Shown in pieces: positions 13,859 through 27,964 of a stretch of DNA of 64,000 nucleotides. Position 1 is the stretch's first letter. Each line of letters begins with the position of its first letter. The DNA comes from Eledone cirrhosa (taxonomy: Eukaryota). The stretch lies in NCBI GenBank assembly GCA_964016885.1, contig OZ024756.1:39680001-39744000 (forward strand). Reading direction: 5' to 3'. The translations under genes were made by a program, and so were the position numbers. The notes beneath the pieces are model-generated. The model saw only the letters and a program-made list of their open reading frames with translations. It was not told where the DNA came from and searched no databases.

Positions 13859-13899
13859 TAATATTAATAAATGGAAAATATCTTTTATAAAACCATATT

Positions 13900-13960
13900 T
13901 ATTTTATTATACATATTTCAAGGGTACCAGTATTTTGGTACGCTTTCGTCAGATAAAATA
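13900..13960 (-). ncRNA. Type I hammerhead ribozyme motif, family A
   Basis: tattttat-CTGACGA-aagcgtacca/tggtaccctt-GAAA-tatgta-TA-ataaaata. Confidence 0.82.
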
Positions 13961-14219
13961 CAATATTTATCTGACGAATTTATATTATAGTCCAGAATTG
14001 ATATTATAGTCCAGAAGAAACTTCTTGAGTGTTTCTAATCTGTTATAAATTGACTTTGTTGAATAATCAACAAAGCCAATAACTCATCGTTTATATATAT
14101 ATTGTTTTATTTTTACACCCGGAAACAAACTATAGACGTATATGTGTATGACATAAGCTGATAGATATAAGATGATAATTAATTAGATATAAAGGATCCT
14201 TACTACCTGTCTGGGGAAA

Positions 14220-14403
14220 TAATTGTTTCTACTTTAGTCACAAGGCCAGCAAATACCCAGTACATTACTGGTACTTTATTTTATCGACCCCGTAAGGATG
14301 AAAGGCAAAGTTAACCTTGGCGGGATTTGAACTCAGACCGTAAAGGGACGTAACTATGCTAGAAAGCATGGCGTCCAACCCTCTACCAATACTGCCAATT
14401 CAC
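14220..14403 (-). mobile_element. tRNA-derived SINE (main family)
   Basis: Full reverse-complement copy flanked by direct repeat acctgtctgg(g/a)gaaataat. Confidence 0.9.
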
Positions 14404-14714
14404 CTGTCTGGAGAAATAATGTCAGCAAACATTTGCTGATTAGGATATTTCTGCAGATGTTCATGGCATACGTATATTTCGTTCTGAATTGGGTAGACAC
14501 TCGTTTAAGATGTCAACTAAATTAGATACCCCATTGAGTACAAATATTGTCAAAAGGTACGTTTTATTTATAATTGAAGCAAATGTTCACTTCTAAATAC
14601 CAAAATCACAGCTTCATAATAAATAAGATGTAGTTCTTTCAAAAGCAAGTGTTTTCATGGGGAAATTAAGAGTATTCAAACGGCTCCAATTTTTAGTTGA
14701 TAGTTCAATATTAA

Positions 14715-14932
14715 CCCTTTCGCGTTCACATTACTCTATATTTGCTATTGTATTTTCATGGTAAACACTTTATCTCACAGATATCTCAGATAATAATGAA
14801 TCTATGATATTTGATATTATTCATTTTGCAAACAATACCTTAACATAAGTATGAGTGGCCAGTTACAGCTGGTTTAAACAGAAAAAGGTGAGAGAATTCT
14901 GGCCGGATATGGCAGGTTTAAATGCTAAAAGG
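14715..14932. mobile_element. TTAA-flanked MITE (piggyBac-like termini)
   Basis: ttaa|ccctttcgcgttca ... taaatgctaaaagg|ttaa, imperfect TIRs. Confidence 0.6.
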
Positions 14933-15814
14933 TTAAAATATTTAGCACCATTCAGTTTCAGATAAATATTATAAATATTTGCAATCGTGTATACAATTAG
15001 TTTATCTATCTCTATAAGGTATGATATCAGCGTAAATCCTTTATCAAATAATTTTACAGGCGATTCATCAACAAGATAAATATATATTTTTGTGCGTATA
15101 TGTAATGTATGTATATGAGAGTGTGACAGCGAGAGAGAAAGAGCATGTTTCTGCAAATACATCTTCATAAAACGCATATGTATACAAATAGTTTTCGATT
15201 ATATCATTACTATTGAATTACAATCATGGCTTTAAGTATTAATGTGGATAACAGTTGAGAAGAGATAATAGTGTTGTGTTAATCACCTAACAATGAATTT
15301 CAAGTGCTGTGAAGTGTCGTCCATATAAAGCGCCACTGCCAATTCGAAGCACATCTGACACCTTGATAAAATTGGTTTGAAAGGGCGTAACTCAATGGTG
15401 AGGCGAGAACTGAAGGCTGGTTATGTGTCGTGTGTTTGTTTCGTAACTACAAAAAGAATGTTTTCAAGTTGCCTGCAGCCAATGATTCAAGTATGAAGTG
15501 TTTATGGATCGTTTGTTTTCATTTCAAATAGTCAATTGTTGAATGTAATACAGCCAGATGCTCACTTTTACGCTTTTGCTATTGTGTTTACATTGTAACA
15601 CAGCATGGGCATATAATTAGTTAAATACACTAGCTGTATAAACATGATATATTACAGATAGATTAGAGATATAATACAAATCTAATAGAGATATATAATA
15701 GAGGTATAGATATATAATCGAAATATAGTTATGTAATAGATATAGTACAGAGTTATAATAGAGATATGACTGATATAATAGTGATATAATATAAATAGAT
15801 TTATATTGAATATA

Positions 15815-16185
15815 TAATTATTTCTACATTTGGCACAAGGCCAGTAATTATCCCAGTGTATTACTGGTACTTCATTTTATCGACCCCGTAAGGATGAAAG
15901 ACAAAGATAACCTCGGCGGGATTTGAACTCAGAACGCAAAGGGTTGTAACTCTATGCTGCAAAGCATGTTGTTTTACGCTCTACTGATACTGCCAAATAT
16001 ATAATTGTTTCTACTTTTGGCACAAGGCCAGCAATTACCCAGTGTATTACTGGTACTTTATTTTATCGACCCCGTAAGGATGAAAGGCAAAGTTAACCTC
16101 GGCGGGATTTGAACTCAGAATGGCAAGGGCCGTAACTCTATGCGTCAAAGCATGGCGTCCGAGCCTCTACCGATACTGCCAATCC
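15815..16185 (-). mobile_element. Two tandem SINE copies inside an AT-rich minisatellite
   Basis: Copies at about 15815-15995 and 16001-16185. Confidence 0.9.
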
Positions 16186-16857
16186 AACACTCTGTCAAAT
16201 ATATAATGAAGAGATAAATGTTTAATAAATATACAGAGATATATATAATAGAGGTATAGTTGTATAATAAATATATTATAGGGGCATGATAGAGATATAT
16301 CAGTGATATAATATATAGTTATATTCAATATATAATGAAGATATAAAAGTTTAATAAACATACAGAGAGAAATATATAATGTCGATATAGTAGGTATATG
16401 ATAGATATATAAAGAGTAAACTAATGACGGTTTTATAAGGACTCCGGGATGATAGTTGAAATATAAAGCTAGAAAGAAATATCAGAGGAATAGAATGGTA
16501 AGAGAAATGAAATAAAACAAAAAATTTGATTGAAATACATTTGAAAAGAAACCAGAAAGAGAATGGAGAAATAAAATATGAAATTAATAATGGAATAAAA
16601 GAGATAAATAAATTTCAAGGCAATGCAGAGATAAAAATGACAGACAAAAGACGAAAAACGTGAGAGAGGTAATAAAATGAAAAGATTAAAAAAATAAAAC
16701 CCAACAGAAGAGAATAAGAGGTCAATGAAATCCATATAAATTTAGTTTTGTAGTTCAAATATTTTATTACCGAGATTTCTTCTGCGTCTTTATCTAGTTT
16801 TATCGTTAAAAAATCATCTGGATATAAAAAAAAAAAAAGATATTTCTTTCTTTATTG

Positions 16858-16890
<33 letters not shown>

Positions 16891-17361
16891 ACAAAATCAA
16901 TTTGGGCGATAAAATCAAATTCTGACAAATAGTCTAGATAATAATTATTTATTTGATTTTTCATTTCAGTATTTCCGACATATTTATTTATTTTATACAT
17001 TTCATATATTTTATATATTTCATATATTTCATACAATTTATATCTTATCTCGGAAAGGTATGAAAATGTTTTCAAAATTGATTCTACACATAGAATAATA
17101 TAGATCTAATGACATACACAATCATTCTTAAACATGTGACAACTAAGGATTAGACTGTAAGAAAAGCTTCCTCGGTAAAACACACAGATTCAATGGATTG
17201 ATGATGAAAGATATTGCAATCGGGGCTATCTCTTGTTCTTTGCTGTCTGCAGAGAAACCAAGGACATGGTCACAGTATCCTGTGTATCCTTTTCCTGCTA
17301 TCTCTAGAAGATCCAACAACCATGTAGAGGCTTCATTTGGTGAGAGCACTTTGTATCCATC

Positions 17362-17452
17362 GGCGAGATTTCAATTCAGAACGTAAAGGGCCATAACTCT
17401 ATGCCACAAAGTATGTTGTCCCACACTCTACCGATACTGCCAATCCACCGCC
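17362..17452 (-). mobile_element. SINE head fragment (main family)
   Basis: tRNA-derived head only. Confidence 0.75.
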
Positions 17453-17521
17453 TTCTAAGAGAAATAAATATTCACACACAATTACATACACACACACACA
17501 TATGCCCACCTATATATATGA

Positions 17522-17552
<31 letters not shown>

Positions 17553-17699
17553 CGAGAGAGAGTGAGAGAGAGAGGGTGAGAGAGAGAGAGAGTTTGTAGT
17601 GTATTATGTATTACATTAAAATTATATTATTATATAAAGGCTTTTAATGTGCTCAACAAAACCGAGCTTATGGTATTTAAAAAGCTATAAACTGGAGGT

Positions 17700-18040
17700 T
17701 ATTCTTTTAATTTCAAAACTCAAGACTGAGTTAGATATAACAAGGGCAATAATTTTTAAAAAAACAGGAAACAAAAGAAAAAAAGAATAGGGAAATATAG
17801 AGAGAAAAGGGAAAAAGAAAGAAAAAAAGAATGGGAATGGGAGAGGAAGGCAAGAGCTCTGGTGTTGCAGAAGAGAGGGGGAGGTGAAGTGGGACAGTGA
17901 TTGGGCTTTGGGTCTAGACAAGACCGCAAAGCATTCCCTCGGACGATGGCCAGTGACACCCGCTGCAGCAGCCACCCAACCTCACGGGGCTTCTTTCTCA
18001 GACGGGTCACCAACGTTCCGATCTTGCAGAGGAGCTCCAA
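17700..18040 (-). mobile_element. 3' fragment of a CRE-clade-like non-LTR retrotransposon
   Basis: ELLCKIGTLVTRLRKKPREVGWLLQRVSLAIVRGNA followed by a pyrimidine-rich 3' UTR. Confidence 0.7.
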
Positions 18041-18062
18041 AAGGTTTATGATTTCGTTAAAA

Positions 18063-18728
18063 TCTAAACTATAATAAAGAAAGGAGTGCGGGACTAAATC
18101 CAGAATATAATTTTTTATCCCGTTTGTAAAATAAATAATTGTTTCTACTTTTGGCACAAGGCCAGCAATTACCGAGTGCATTACTGGTATTTTATTTTAT
18201 CGACCCCGTAAGGATGAAAGGCAAAGTTAACCTTGGCGGGATTTGAACTCAGACCATAAAGGGCCGTACCTCTTTGCTTCAAAGCATGGCGTTAGACCTT
18301 CTACCGATACTGCCAATCCACTGCCAAACCACTTACTTTGAATAAATAATGAATGAATATTACATAATTTATCTGCTAAATTTCGTAGCTTTTTATTAAA
18401 TATATTTTATTGTTTATTTAAAGATTCACTTCTTTAAAATTTTAAAATGTCAACACTTCCGGTTAGCGATCGCTTAAATAAACATTCAAATATTTCCGTC
18501 ACTAATTTTCTCCTAATGCAATTTATATATATCGTCTTTTTTTAATGTATCATGGATTACTGATTACAGAAGACAGTGTAACGCAGTCTTCGTTCAATTT
18601 CTGTGTATATTGTCAATTACGATTTTATTTGATGTATCATATCTACATGTATATATACTTGCATATAATATCAATATACACACTACACATGCCAGCAAAA
18701 AACCACCAGAGGGTGGTTTTTCTGCTAG
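18063..18728 (+). mobile_element. Non-autonomous Helitron-like element interrupted by a SINE (about 18135-18325, minus)
   Basis: Homologous to 13382-13858 with the same TC...CTAG ends. Confidence 0.7.
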
Positions 18729-18733
18729 TACAT

Positions 18734-18923
18734 ATAATTGTCTCTACTTTAGGCACAAGGCCAGCAATTACCCAGTGCATTACTGGTACTTTATTTTATC
18801 GACCCCGTAAGGATGAAAGGCAAAGTCAACCTCGGCGGGATTTGAACTCAGATCGTAAAGGGACGTAACTATGCTGGAAAGCATGACGTCCGACCCTCTA
18901 CTAATACTGCCAATCCACCGCCC
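18734..18923 (-). mobile_element. tRNA-derived SINE (main family)
   Basis: Full copy flanked by tacatataat direct repeat. Confidence 0.9.
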
Positions 18924-19366
18924 TTGTACATATAATACATATTAATTGTACGGGAAATTGTACTGACAGTACAAAATTAGAGTGAATTGAAACCGCGGTA
19001 CACGGAGTTATTTTCAGTTCAATTATTGTCAAAACGTTGTAAACTTTCAGGATTCTGTGCTTACGAAGCAGTAATTGACTTTATCAATATAATTTCGATA
19101 TCAAAACTCTAGTTTTGAACGGTTTATTTGTTTGTTTGTTTGTTTGTTTGTTTTTCCTTTATTTTGGCTTTTTGTTGTTGTTTTTTTGCTTTTGTTTTTT
19201 AGTTTGTTTTTTTTCTTGTCAAAAGAAATCGATGGTAAGAGAAAAATATATTTTAAATATCGGATATTCTCCTAAAGTGAGTGTTAATTCAATCTTGCGA
19301 AGAACTAACAGGACATTTTGCCTTTCAGAATGCTATTAAAAGCTATAGTCATTCATTTTTTCTGTA

Positions 19367-19524
19367 TCATATTTTTACTTCTAGTTTTCCGGAAGTTTCC
19401 ATCTCATCTTGATCAACATAAATGTTTTCACTAGCCATTACAACTATCTCTTCTCCTTTCTTGTTTCCATCTTTGCCTATGAAATTTGTCTTCAAAGATA
19501 TATCCATTTTTTTTTCCTCATTTG
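19367..19524 (-). CDS. Possible terminal coding exon of an unidentified gene
   Basis: Acceptor-like tttagtttttaagtgttccatag, then open frame NEEKKMDISLKTNFIGKDGNKKGEEIVVMASENIYVDQDEMETSGKLEVKI-stop. AATAAA lies about 210-240 nt downstream. No homology recognised. Confidence 0.25.
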
Positions 19525-20016
19525 CTATGGAACACTTAAAAACTAAAGTTAATGGGCATGTCATTTTTGCATATCCGTGCTAGTCAATTTTCTTTCTGCT
19601 GCGTGAGCAATTCTATAATAAAGGTTTTAGATATTATTTTTTTTAAATCAATGATATCATAAAGATATATATTTTTGGCTATCAACCGATTCCCCTGGAT
19701 TCAAGCAATTGCATATATTGCATCCATACAACAAGTTATCTTATTTCTAGCCGAACGAAAGCAATATATATATTTATGCTCGGCTTTAGATGGATGCTTA
19801 ATGCTTAATTGAACATTTCTTACGCATATCTTTATATTGTATAAAGAAAGAAATGAAGTAGGTTATTCCATTTTCAGATTTTCTTAAGAGTATTAGCGAT
19901 CTACGTGAAGTAGAATACCTACAATATTTTCTATGGGGAATCGAAACCATATCCTAAATTCGGTCATATGAGATCTGTTCTATAGAAAGAACATTTCCTT
20001 GTTTTACTAAGAAATA

Positions 20017-20191
20017 TCGTGTTTCCCGGCACCGAAGACGCTTCGTCCTCGAGGACGCACCCTAATTTTGACAACCAAACATTTGAAAAAGAATTTGACA
20101 AAAAACAACCTTCGGCCTCCAGGACGCATGCTAGATTTTTTAGATTTATTTTAGGGGGGAAAAGTAGCGTCTTCGACGCCGGGAAATACGG
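20017..20191. mobile_element. Tc1/mariner (Tc2/pogo-like) MITE
   Basis: TA-flanked. TIRs tcgtgtttcccggcaccgaagacgc / gcgtcttcgacgccgggaaatacgg, with internal gacgc repeats. Confidence 0.75.
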
Positions 20192-21334
20192 TAAATGTTT
20201 AGTTAGATCAAACTTCCTCATTGTAAAGTTCAGTACTGTTAGGTAGACAAGAGCTTCGTTTCCTCAATTCAACATTTTATGTAGATACAATAAAAAGAGG
20301 AACTGAGTCCTGTTGGTGTTCTTTTCTACACGTTAATAGATTGATACCTAATGGATACCTTTAGTCATGAAATCTCAGATAATTTGCTTTATACCTAGAT
20401 AACACACGGATTAACTAAAAATAAATCCTTGGCGTAAGTCCACAGCTTAGAAGAGATTACTTCTACGAGTGTGTGACTTAAATTCTTTCTTCGAATGCAT
20501 TGACGAGCTTTACGAAAGACGTGTTTCTTAAGTTAATATAGCTGTGGCCGGCCATGGTAGAATATTAGCTTTCAAATAAGGCTGTTCACCTTGCCATTGG
20601 TCATAAGACCGTTGGTGTGAGAGCATATAAATATCATGAATAAAAAGGAGGGAGGGGTAAAGACATGGAGGCGGAAGAAGAGGAAGGGGAGAATTTCTAA
20701 CAGTTTTTGCACGTCTGTCGTATTTTGAAATGATGGTTCCTTACCATGTTGACCTCAGAATCCTCCACCAACCACGTGAAGTATCTAAGACTATTCAACA
20801 GAACTCGTAATATAATCGGCTCCCCCCACCCCCGGCGGACAGAATAAAGTAGAGGAGAATTAGGAGAAGGAGATGGATGGGAAAATATAAATGATATAAA
20901 AGGGTGATACGAAGATAACCAAAGACCAAAGACCTTGGCGGTACATTACCACCAACTGAACTTCTACCCTACAAGTGCTGCGTTCATTCGACATATCTAA
21001 TATATTATTGATATTTGGTTCGACATATCTAATATATTATTGATATTTTTTTATTTTTTTATTTTTATATTTATATGTTTATATGAATATACGTATTTTA
21101 TCTGTAGATTATAAACATACAAAGACATTAGCCTTGAATTTTTGTATTTACATACATCTTTTCGGCATGCGTATGCATGTGAACATATATTTTTATGCAT
21201 ATCTGTGAACGAAGTTACTTACATATATACACACACCTAACTGTATAAACTTTTTGTGTTTTCATTGGTCAATTTGAACTCTGTTCCCAAACAGACCTGT
21301 AATTTTGAATTGTTGTTATTATCAATAAATATAT

Positions 21335-21488
21335 TTCATTATTTCTGAAGACGGCATATATATGTGTTGGTATGTATATTTAATTTTGATAGTTTGTATA
21401 ATTTTGTATAATTTTGTACATAGATCTGTTGAATATGCATGCCAATTCTAACACATATATATCCTAGAACCGATCGTTAAATAATGAA
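21335..21488 (+). ncRNA. Type I hammerhead motif with ~115-nt stem II, core mutated (GAAC)
   Basis: ttcattattt-CTGAAGA-..atatatatgtgttgg....ctaacacatatatat..-GAAC-cgatcg-TT-aaataatgaa. Perfect 10-bp stem I. Confidence 0.65.
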
Positions 21489-22366
21489 CTTTTTTTGTTT
21501 AATATAAGGAACTGTTTCATTGTTTTATTCATTATTTTTTTAATATTTTATATGTATATATATATATGAGCGTGTGTGTGTGTGCATATGTATATATATA
21601 TAGATACATTCAATATTCAATGTTCTGTGTCACATGTTTTAACAGTTTATAGTTATATCTTCAATAATATGTAACTTTATTTACAATCGATAATTATAGC
21701 AGATTACAAAAATAATATTTTATAAAATACCTGTTCCTATATTCAGCCTTCACCATTATTTGCCATACTATCTCTTTCCCCCCCACCCCCCTCTCTCTCT
21801 TTCTCTTTCTATCTTCCTCTTTCTGTTACTCTCTCAAATCGGAATATACTGTCAATATACGCTCGTGGATTTAATGTTCTGATTTTATGCTTCAACCATA
21901 TGACAATCCAAGCAAGTAAGAATACAATTTCTTTCACCAATTCACTTTCTAGCATTTTGCATTATAGATTTTCTCCTCAACTTTCTTTGCATTTACATGT
22001 TTTCAACCCGGGAGATTCGCTATCTACAAAACAACAACAACAACAAATATTTTTGGGAGTTTTGTTTTATTTCTTCTTTCATATATCTTGATATATTCTC
22101 AAATTAGCATGTCGTAGCAACTGAAAACATGCTTCTTCCATTACTAAATCTACATTACTTTAATTATTTGCCTACAGCATTATGCTTTAGAAAGAGTAAA
22201 GTGGACAGATTGGATGATGTACTTTTAGATACATTATATCTCAAGGAAAACTCACTTTCTATCTATCTATCTTTTCTCTGTTTTTTTACCTCTTTTCCTC
22301 TCCATATTAAATATTGTTTCATAAAATTTCATATACGTTTCATAGCAACCAATTCATACTTATTTT

Positions 22367-22431
<65 letters not shown>

Positions 22432-22433
<2 letters not shown>

Positions 22434-22700
22434 CAAATTTATACGGGAACAAAACAGAGAGGCAGACAAATAAAGGTTTATTAGGTTCACGCTTTTGAGA
22501 GTGTGGGGAGGGGGTGAACGACGTTTCGGGTATAAACCCTTCTTGAGGAGTAAATAGGTTAGGAAGAGAGTTCAGAGGGTGTGTGGAAATACATTTAGAA
22601 AAAAGGGGGAAGGAGAACAAATAAAAATTAAAATAAACGTAAAAATAAACATAAGAATAAACAATAAGATGAACAAGTGGTGGATCATTTCCATGAACTA
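22432..22700 (-). mobile_element. TA-embedded element with degenerate hammerhead (family D)
   Basis: Minus strand CTCAAGA-aggg tttata ccc-GAAA-cg-TC at about 22520-22547. Tail gcgtgaacctaata is shared with about 6003(+) and 34570(-). Confidence 0.5.
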
Positions 22701-22734
22701 AATATATATATACATATGTATATATATACATATG

Positions 22735-22849
<115 letters not shown>

Positions 22850-22917
22850 CAATATCGGTTTCAACACACGTTTTCAGATAAAGAATCTTGGTAAACAAAT
22901 TCAGAAACGAAATATAT

Positions 22918-22955
<38 letters not shown>

Positions 22956-23239
22956 ATATATATACACACACATATATATATAGTTATATTCACACTTGTA
23001 TGTACACACAAACTTGTTCTAAACCTCATCAGCCTGTTCCCTGCTGACGCCATCTTTCTCCTGACAGTTGGATTAACATTATTTCCCATCGGCTACTCTA
23101 AACCTCGGACCTCTACCTTCAATATGTCAGAGAAATTATTCTATTTCAACTCTGCCAGCCGATAAATATTAATAGTTTGTTCCAATCAGGTTTACTCTGT
23201 AAGTATTAAAACTGTTCCTACGCCCAATTGAAAGATTTT

Positions 23240-23973
23240 ATCGGTAGAGGGTCGGACGACATGCTTTGACGCATAGAGTTACGGCCCTTGCCATTCTGAG
23301 TTCAAATCCCACTGAGATTAACTTTGCCTTTCATCCTTATATATATCACTTATTATATCACTGTTATATTTGGCAGCATCAGTAGAGCGTAGAACAACAT
23401 GCTTTGCAGCATAGAGTTACAGCCCTTTGCGTTCTGAATTCAAATCCCGCCGAGGTTAACTTTGCCTTTCATCCTTACGGGGATCGATAAAATAAAGTAC
23501 CAGTAATTCACTGAGTAATTGCTGACCTTGTGCCAAAAGTAGAAACAACCATTACACGTTTTCAGCGCTGTAGATTGGCAATATCGGTAGAGGGTCGGAC
23601 ACCATGCTTTGCAGCATAGAGTTACGGTCCTTTACAGTCTGATTTCAAATTCCACCGAGGTTAACTTTGCCTTTCATCCTTACGGGGATCGATAAAATAA
23701 AGTAAAAAGATTGCTGGCCTTGTGCCCATAGTAGAAATAGTTATGGCACGTTTTTAGTGCTGTGGAATTACAGAACGGGTAGAGCGCCGAACAATATGCT
23801 TCGTTGTGTTTTGTTGCAATCTTTACGTTCTGAGTTCAAATCTCGTTGATGCCAACGTTACCTTTTATCATTCCCGGATCGATATAGTAAAATACCAGTG
23901 AAGTACTGGAGCCGATTTAATAAATTTTCCTCTTCCCAAAATTGCTGTCCTTGTGCTTGTGTTAGAAATTATT
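23240..23973 (+). mobile_element. Cluster of four SINE copies
   Basis: About 23240-23338 (partial), 23370-23548, 23569-23743 and 23760-23973 (older, longer-tail variant). Confidence 0.88.
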
Positions 23974-24087
23974 ATCACAAAATTTCGAATTAATTCTAAT
24001 ATTTGCATCAGTTAATGGGACACTGGGCATAAATCTGGTCCCAAACTGGTGTCAATGCCAGAATCACACACCATGTCTCATAATTAA

Positions 24088-24273
24088 ATAATCGTTTCTA
24101 CTTTTGGCACAAAGCCAGCAAATATATACCAGTGTATTACTGGTACTTTATTTTATCGACCCCTTAAGGATGAAAGGCAAAGTTAACCTCGGTGAGTTTT
24201 GAACTCAGACCATAACGGGCCGTAACTCTTTGCTGCAAAGCATGGCGTCCGACCCTCTACCGATACTGTCAAT
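24088..24273 (-). mobile_element. tRNA-derived SINE (main family)
   Basis: Reverse-complement copy. Confidence 0.88.
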
Positions 24274-25574
24274 TTACATGCTCGTGTGAGTGGAGCATAT
24301 CTCACAATATTGATGTATTGCCATTGAACTTCAGGTCAACACTGATAAAATATATTACATCTGTGCTCATTACTTTTATCTTGTTGTTGATCTTGTTCTT
24401 TTTGTCAGACAGTATATCTCCACTCCATTATCTAAAGTGTCTTTCCATGTTTTATGTCGGTATCGTGTGATATGGTGCAAATTTGGTTACTATTTCTGAT
24501 CCCGTACACACTTTCTCGTTAGTTATTGAAAATATTCATTTCTAACTTAACCATAAGGCTGCAGTAGCTTATATTGAACCCCTTATTTGAACTGAAACTG
24601 TAAAGGGATAGAAGACATTTTGTCTGAAGCTCTACCAGTATCGTTAATTCTTTATTTTCGCAGTAAAATATTACTAAAACCCTTACAGCGATGTACACAG
24701 CGTAGTTACTGCTAGTTAGTCCTATAAACATGATAATATTACACTCACTTATACATTCTACTCACACAAATACACATATATGAACAGAATAATGTTGTGA
24801 CGAAAGATTCAGTATGTAATTTATATTCCATTATGATGGACGTTAAGTAAATCAACTGCGTAAACAACACCATTTCGGTTTAACATTTAACTGTTATTAG
24901 ATATTTGCTTCGATTGCAGAATCTTTTTATCGGTAACTGTTGTGGCTGAAATGGAGCTGACTAAGGTTGTAAAAAGAAACATCTACGTAAAAAGATTTAC
25001 CATTGTTTCCCTATATTCTAGGGAAACAAAAACTTTTTGGTGAGGGAATTTATAAAAAGCGTCACCATTTAGAAAACAATATTGATTCATCGGAAAGTAA
25101 CGCTGCTACAGGCAATTTATTTAATGATCCATTAGGTTATGAAATCCGTGAGTAATAAATAGACATAATACAGCTTCTCGATAAAGAATCACACTGAATC
25201 ACAAACAGATATATATTTGAATATATCACGTTATAAAGAAAGGTTTTGATGCTAACTTTCAGATAAAGCTTTTCAGAGACGACGTTTTAGTAGCAACAAC
25301 ACGTTTATAAGTCTTTCTTTTTTTTTCTGTCTTGTTTCAAACACATGTACAATGTCAAACAATGAACGCTGATTACTTGCAAAGCAACTAAACGAAACAG
25401 TATTGTTCCTGGAAAGTATATTTTATACGATGTGTGTGTAGTTTATATGAAGCGTAGAAAGATATATAATGAAGGGAGTGTTGAGAAAGCCAGTCACATG
25501 TGAGTATTAACATAAATATAGAACTAGAGTGGGGTAAAATAAGAATCACTAAAACAGACAATATGTTTACTCAT

Positions 25575-25962
25575 TCTAAACTATAATAAATTAAGGAGTG
25601 CGGGATTGCATCGAGAATATATTTGTTTACCCCGTTTGTAAAATAAGTTGGATTACTTTGAATAAATAATGAATGAATATTACATAATTTATTTACTAAA
25701 TTTCGTTATTCTTGATTAAATATAAATAATTTTATTAATTATTTTAAGATTCACTTCTTCAAAACTTTCAAATGTCAACATTTCCGGTAGCGATTGCTTA
25801 TAAAAACATCACATATATTTCCGTCACTAATTTTTTTCCTAATGCAGTTTATATATAATATCGTCTTTTTTAATGTATCATGGATTACAGAAGAGTGTAA
25901 TGCAGACTTCGTTCAATTTCTGTGTATATTGTCAATTACGATTTCATTTGATTTATCATATC

Positions 25963-25993
<31 letters not shown>

Positions 25994-26063
25994 GCGTATA
26001 ATATCAATATACACACTACACATGCTAGCAGAAAATCCACCAGAAGAGTGGTTTTTCTGCTAG
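25575..26063 (+). mobile_element. Non-autonomous Helitron-like element
   Basis: Third copy, tctaaactataataaa ... ttttctgctag|t. Confidence 0.7.
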
Positions 26064-26434
26064 TGTATTTAATGATACGTCAACGTTGACTTTCATTTCA
26101 AATGACGAACGAACAAAATCGGAGCATCTAATTCCTACGATATTTTCTGTTAGTCATTGACCGCTGGTGGAAATGTGCAGACGGGTGATAACAGCCACAC
26201 TATTCCATATAACTTAATATTACTTTGAGAAATTTGATAGGTTTTGGCCAGTATTGGCCCAGACCATGTCTAACTTAATAGCACCACCTCATAGATCATG
26301 TTTTTAAATTTAAGATACTTTTCTTAACATATGTTTTAGCCTAAATTATATCAAATATGTTCTGTTGTTCTGTTGTTGCTTTACTTATTGGAATTAATTT
26401 TAAGGATATTTAGTTACCATTCCATTGAGCCCTT

Positions 26435-26511
<77 letters not shown>

Positions 26512-27196
26512 ATGGTTTCTGAAAGCATGAATATGTTGGACGTATCAGGTTTTGAAGTGGATGGACGTAAGTCGGTTTAAACCTTAAAACCGAATGGGGT
26601 CTGGGTTGAACGTTTACTGACAACTTCTTTATATATAGATCTATATTTAAGAGTTAGTTATTAGGGTTCCTTCAGTTGCAGTTGCGATTAATGAAAAAAT
26701 ATTATAAGAGGTTTCCTTATATAGATTAATGTCACTGTGAAATGTTACACCCTCTTCTAAGTTGAATGTAGTAGAATAAGAGAGCTTTACCGTATTCCTC
26801 TTAAATAAGCTATATTATATAGAACTGTAAAGATTGTAGTTTTTCAATTATAACAAAACTTTCGCAATTGAGTTCGGAACCTTGCGGTTATGAGGGTGAT
26901 GAAACTCCGTAATATCATCAACGTCTTGGAGTAATCCGTTTTTCTCAAAGACATAATTACAGGAAGGAACGTGCTACTTCAGTATCTTCATACGATGGAA
27001 TATTGGATATATTATATATTCTTATACAACTGGGTGAAGTCCGAGCTATTTGACGACCAATAGTCTAATAAATTAATTGGAATTTCACGGCCTACATCTG
27101 TATGACTGTGTATATACAAATATTTATATATATATATATATGTGTGTGTATGTGCGTGTGCGTGTATGTGTGTGTGTGTATGTATTTACATGTATA

Positions 27197-27268
<72 letters not shown>

Positions 27269-27342
27269 CATATATATATATGTATATGTATATATGTATA
27301 TATATGTATATATATATGTGGATAGATATATGTGTATATATA

Positions 27343-27398
<56 letters not shown>

Positions 27399-27964
27399 GG
27401 GGGGTGTACATTTGCTAGCATTAATGATGTATACTGTTGATGCACGCGAAAGCTCATCGTTATTTGAAGTTTAATGGCTGCAGAATCCATTTTTATGTCC
27501 ATACCAATAGCTTAATAATTACTTTTGTGGATACCTTAGTAGTTAAACTTTAGCTGTCTAGATGGCTTGGCATCTTGATATGGTCACAATCCAACAACAT
27601 GGGTCCTACGTTTCATTGCTTTCCGGACTACTAACCATAACACAAGGTACAGCTATCGATCACATTATAAGGAGACATTATAGACACCGTTCAGATTCGT
27701 ATAAAATTCTAAATACAAAAGATTTTCCTGGAATATCAACAGAATCAAATGGTAAATTGTCTAGTTCTCCTATTCTTTCTTTCTTCCTTTGACTCTTTCC
27801 CTACTCCCTCTTATCCCCCCCCCTCTCTCTCTCTCTCTCCCTTTGCCAAAAAACTTGTAAACTATTTATGATAGGATGCATTTCAGATTGGATTGACCAT
27901 ATAAATACGAGAGTATTTATAATGACGATGGAAGTAATCATGTAAAACTCCAGAAAATATAATT

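Noticed and set aside
22850-23035. CTGATGA and CTGAAAA motifs on the minus strand
   Set aside because: No consistent stems.
27694-27752. Possible 57-bp plus-strand exon (also AG/GT-bounded segments near 35266 and 38989)
   Set aside because: Weak splice context or in-frame stops, no recognisable protein, and no consistent gene model.
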